Origin: Hormiphora californensis
Taxonomy: Eukaryota; Animalia; Ctenophora
Direction: 5' to 3'
Length of the DNA stretch: 64,000 nucleotides
Assembly (NCBI GenBank): GCA_020137815.1
Contig: CM035356.1
Location: 6,386,001 to 6,450,000 of the forward strand
Within the stretch, counting starts at the first letter, position 1. Each line of letters opens with the position of its first letter. The notes below the pieces were generated by a model. The model saw nothing but the letters and a program-made list of their open reading frames with translations, was not told the DNA's origin and ran no database searches. Position numbers and translations under genes: made by a program. Shown in pieces: positions 59,801-64,000 of this stretch.

Positions 59801-62800
59801 ATGGAGTGGTGGGGCTAGTATGGTTGATGTTGGGTTTTTTGGAATTTAAGTAGTTGATGGAGTGGTTTGTGCTTGAGGTAGTTGGGGGGGTGGGGGTTAT
59901 GAGTAGTTGTGGGTTAAGGGTTGTGCTTATGTGGGTTTATGGGTAGGGGTGTGTGAAGGTAAATTTATGAGTGGAAAATGAGGGTGTTGATGGAGTGGTG
60001 GGCTTGAGGTGGTTGAGGGTGGGTTGGTGTTGAGTGGTTTTGGAAATGTATGTAGAGTTAGTTGATGGAGGGTGGTATGGGTAAGGTAGTGGTGATGGAG
60101 GGGGTTGTGAGAGTGTTGATGAGTGGTGGCTTGAGGTGTTGATGGAGTGGTGGTGCTTGGGTGTTGATGGGGGTGTTTTGTACTTGAGTAGTGTGATGGA
60201 GTGGTTGTGTTGGGGGGTTGATGGAGTGGTTGTGCTGATGGGTTGATGGAGTTTGTGCTTGAGGGGTTATGGAGTTGTGTGTATAGGTTGAAGGGATGGT
60301 AGTGGTGGTGTTGAGGTTGTGGGTGTGGTTTGTGGGGTAGTTTGTGGTGTTGGGTTGATGGAGTGGGTAGGTTTCTGGTGTGTTGATGGGGTGTGTGCTT
60401 TAGGGGGTGATGGGTTGTTGTGTGAGTAGTTGATGGAGTGGTGGGTGGAGTTGTTGGTGGTGGTGGTGTGTGAAATGGTGATGGAGTGGTTGTGCTTGAG
60501 GGGTTTGATGGGAGTGTTGCGAGGGGATGATGGAGTTTGGGGGTTTGGGAAAATGGTTGATGGAGGGGTGTGGAGTGGTGTTGAAGTAGTGATGGAGGAG
60601 GTATTCTGAGGGAAGGGGATTTAGAAGTAGTGATGGGGGTGGTAGTTGTGGTGGGTTTATGGGAGGTTGTGTGGGATGGGGTGTTGATGGAGTGGTGTCT
60701 GAGGTTGTTGATGGGTTGGGGAGTCTAAATAGTTTTGGAGGGTGTTTGTGAGGGGTAAGTTGTGGAGGGTGGTGTGGTGTAGGTTGATGGGTGGTTGTAG
60801 TGAGGTAGTTGATGGAGTGGTGGTGCTTGAGGTAGTTGATGGTGTGGTGGAGCTAGAAGTAGTTGATGGAGTCGTGGTACTTGAGGTAGTTGATGGAGTG
60901 GTGGTACTTGAGGTAGTTGATGGAGTGGTGGTGCTGGAAGTAGTTGATGGAGTGGTGGTGCTAGAAGTAGTTGATGGAGTGGTGGTACTTGAGGTAGTTG
61001 ATGGAGTGGTGGTACTTGAGGTAGTTGATGGAGTGGTGGTGCTTGATGTAGTTGATGGGGTAGTTGTACTTGAAGTAGTTGATGGAGTGGTTGTGCTGGA
61101 GGTAGTTGATGGGGTAGTTGTACTTGAAGTAGTTGATGGAGTGGTTGTGCTTGAGGTAGTTGATGGAGTGATGGTGCTAGAAGTAGTTGATGGAGTGGTG
61201 GTACTTGAGGTAGTTGATGGAGTGGTGGTGCTTGAGGTAGTTGATGGAGTGGTGGTGCTTGAGGTAGTTGATGGAGTGGTAGTGCTAGAAGTAGTTGATG
61301 GAGTGGTGGTGCTCGAGGTAGTTGATGGAGTGGTGGTGCTAGAAGTAGTTGATGGAGTGGTGGTACTTGAGGTAGTTGATGGAGTGGTGGTGCTTGAGGT
61401 AGTTGATGGAGTGGTGGTACTTGAAGTAGTTGATGGAGTGGTGGTGCTTGAGGTAGTTGACGGGGTAGTTGTACTTGAAGTAGTTGATGGAGTGGTGGTA
61501 CTTGAGGTAGTTGATGGAGTGGTAGTACTTGAAGTAGTTGATGGAGTGGTAGTACTTGAGGTAGTTGATGGAGTGGTAGTACTTGAGGTAGTTGATGGAG
61601 TGGTGGTGCTTGAGGTAGTTGATGGAGTGGTGGTGCTAGAAGTAGTTGATGGAGTGGTGGTACTTGAGGTAGTTGATGGAGTGGTGGTGCTTGAGGTAGT
61701 TGATGGTGTGGTGGAGCTAGAAGTAGTTGATGGAGTCGTGGTACTTGAGGTAGTTGATGGAGTGGTGGTACTTGAGGTAGTTGATGGAGTGGTGGTGCTG
61801 GAAGTAGTTGATGGAGTGGTGGTGCTAGAAGTAGTTGATGGAGTGGTGGTACTTGAGGTAGTTGATGGAGTGGTGGTACTTGAGGTAGTTGATGGAGTGG
61901 TGGTGCTTGATGTAGTTGATGGGGTAGTTGTACTTGAAGTAGTTGATGGAGTGGTTGTGCTTGAGGTAGTTGATGGGGTAGTTGTACTTGAAGTAGTTGA
62001 TGGAGTGGTTGTGCTTGAGGTAGTTGATGGAGTGATGGTGCTAGAAGTAGTTGATGGAGTGGTGGTACTTGAGGTAGTTGATGGAGTGGTGGTGCTTGAG
62101 GTAGTTGATGGAGTGGTGGTGCTTGAGGTAGTTGATGGAGTGGTAGTGCTAGAAGTAGTTGATGGAGTGGTGGTGCTCGAGGTAGTTGATGGAGTGGTGG
62201 TGCTAGAAGTAGTTGATGGAGTGGTGGTACTTGAGGTAGTTGATGGAGTGGTGGTGCTTGAGGTAGTTGATGGAGTGGTGGTACTTGATGTAGTTGATGG
62301 AGTGGTGGTGCTAGAAGTAGTTGATGGAGTGGTTGTGCTTGATGTAGTTGATGGAGTGGTGGTGCTTGAGGTAGTTGATGGAGTGGTGGTACTTGAAGTA
62401 GTTGATGGAGTCGTGGTACTTGAGGTAGTTGATGGAGTGGTGGTGCTAGAAGTAGTTGATGGAGTGATGGTACTTGAGGTAGTTGATGGAGTGGTGGTGC
62501 TTGAGGTAGTTGATGGTGTGGTGGTGCTTGAGGTAGTTGATGGAGTGGTGGTACTTGAAGTAGTTGATGGAGTGGTGGTACTTGATGTAGTTGATGGAGT
62601 GGTGGTGCTTGATGTAGTTGATGGGGTAGTTGTACTTGAAGTAGTTGATGGAGTGGTGGTACTTGAGGTAGTTGATGGAGTGGTGGTACTTGAGGTAGTT
62701 GATGGAGTGGTGGTACTTGATGTAGTTGATGGAGTGGTGGTGCTAGAAGTAGTTGATGGAGTGGTGGTGCTTGATGTAGTTGATGGGGTAGTTGTACTTG

Positions 62801-64000
62801 AAGTAGTTGATGGAGTGGTAGTGCTTGAGGTAGTTGATGGGGTAGTTGTACTTGAAGTAGTTGATGGAGTGGTGGTGCTTGAGGTAGTTGATGGAGTGGT
62901 GGTACTTGAAGTAGTTGATGGAGTGGTGGTACTTGATGTAGTTGATGGAGTGGTGGTGCTAGAAGTAGTTGATGGAGTGGTGGTACTTGAGGTAGTTGAT
63001 GGAGTGGTGGTGCTAGAAGTAGTTGATGGAGTCGTGGTACTTGAGGTAGTCGATGGAGTGGTGGTGCTTGAAGTTGTTGATGGAGTAGTGGTACTTGAGG
63101 TAGTTGATGGAGTGGTGGTGCTTGAGGTAGTTGATGGAGTGGTGGTACTTGAAGTAGTTGATGGAGTGGTGGTACTTGATGTAGTTGATGGAGTGGTAGT
63201 GCTTGAGGTAGTTGATGGGGTAGTTGTACTTGAAGTAGTTGATGGAGTGGTTGTGCTTGAGGTAGTTGATGGAGTGGTGGTGCTAGAAGTAGTTGATGGA
63301 GTGGTGGTGCTTGATGTAGTTGATGGGGTAGTTGTACTTGAAGTAGTTGATGGAGTGGTAGTGCTTGAGGTAGTCGATGGGGTAGTTGTACTTGAAGTAG
63401 TCGATGGAGTGGTTGTGCTTGAGGTAGTTGATGGAGTGGTGGTGCTTGAGGTAGTTGATGGAGTGGTGGTGCTTGAGGTAGTTGATGGAGTGGTGGTGCT
63501 AGAAGTAGTTGATAGAGTGGTGGTGCTTGAGGTAGTTGATGGAGTGGTGGTACTTGAGGTAGTTGATGGAGTGGTAGTACTTGAGGTAGTTGATGGAGTG
63601 GTGGTGCTAGAAGTAGTTGACGGAGTGGTGGTACTTGAGGTAGTTGATGGAGTGGTAGTACTTGAGGTAGTTGATGGAGTGGTGGTACTTGAAGTAGTAG
63701 ATGGAGTGGTAGTACTTGAGGTAGTTGATGGAGTGGTGGTGCTAGAAGTAGTTGATGGAGTCGTGGTACTTGAGGTAGTCGATGGAGTAGTGGTGCTTGA
63801 AGTAGTTGATGGAGTGGTGGTGCTGGAAGTGGTTGATGGAGTTGTGGTACTTGAAGTAGTTGATGGAGTGGTGGTGCTAGATGTAGTTGATGGAGTGGTG
63901 GTGCTAGAAGTAGTTGATGGAGTGGTTGTGCTTGAGGTAGTTGATGGAGTGGTGGTGCTTGAAGTTGTTGATGGAGTGGTGGTACTTGAGGTAGTTGATG
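44855..64000 (-). CDS. Giant mucin-like protein, 5' end outside the window: (PSTTSSTTT)n, two DNRLRE/CBM96-like domains, PTS linker, C-terminal cystine-knot-like domain
   Basis: The repeat exon ends at 47766, followed by exons 47541-47660, 47306-47461, 46891-47068, 46603-46703, 46265-46384, 45852-46038, 45476-45633, 45179-45323, 44855-44958, phase-consistent. Repeat variation is almost all at minus-frame third positions. Motifs NNESLTVG...YRTVIKFDVSS, DWNEDTVSW, LADWAENGVEENYGFVL; C-terminal ICVS...YCFEYSPC...TCKCCLP...DC...IQYCSCTEC. Confidence 0.85.
48140..51760 (-). repeat. 27-bp coding tandem repeat (PSTTSSTTT), clean block 1
   Basis: CCATCAACTACCTCAAGCACCACCACT consensus on the minus strand. 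Confidence 0.95.
51761..60790. other. Degraded G/T-rich region retaining traces of the 27-bp mucin repeat; probable assembly/consensus artefact
   Basis: Abrupt boundaries with clean repeat on both sides; residual GTTGATGGAGTGG words; homopolymer G/T runs with loss of A and C. Confidence 0.75.
60791..64000 (-). repeat. 27-bp coding tandem repeat (PSTTSSTTT), clean block 2
   Basis: Same unit; open on the minus strand to the window edge. Confidence 0.95.

Overview
Eukaryotic (animal) genomic DNA, probably a ctenophore of the Pleurobrachia/Hormiphora type. That assignment is an inference from my recollection of the repeat families, the nested-gene layout and acceptor-led start codons. Nearly all genes are on the minus strand and spliced: an intronless MATH-BTB gene, SDHA (12 coding exons), ZFPL1 (6), CACFD1/flower (5), a small single-pass membrane gene, an Ig-FN3-FN3-TM receptor, an SLC35G/EamA transporter, and the 3' part of a giant (PSTTSSTTT)n mucin-like gene ending in two DNRLRE-like domains and a cystine knot. 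A Tyr-motif transmembrane adaptor-like gene is nested antisense in the receptor's intron 2. Many MITEs, a Helitron and retroelement relics lie in introns. The most striking pattern is that the intronic tandem arrays are built from each intron's own splice signals: about 119 copies of the ZFPL1 branch point+acceptor, about 70 and about 11 copies of SDHA donors, an SLC35G acceptor array, several 2-3 copy duplications and branch-point arrays. The functional site is always the exon-proximal copy. Second, eight start codons sit just after an apparently unpaired splice acceptor in tightly packed co-oriented genes, suggesting SL trans-splicing or operons. 51.8-60.8 kb looks like a low-quality rendering of the mucin repeat. 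All gene models were built by hand; no searches were run.
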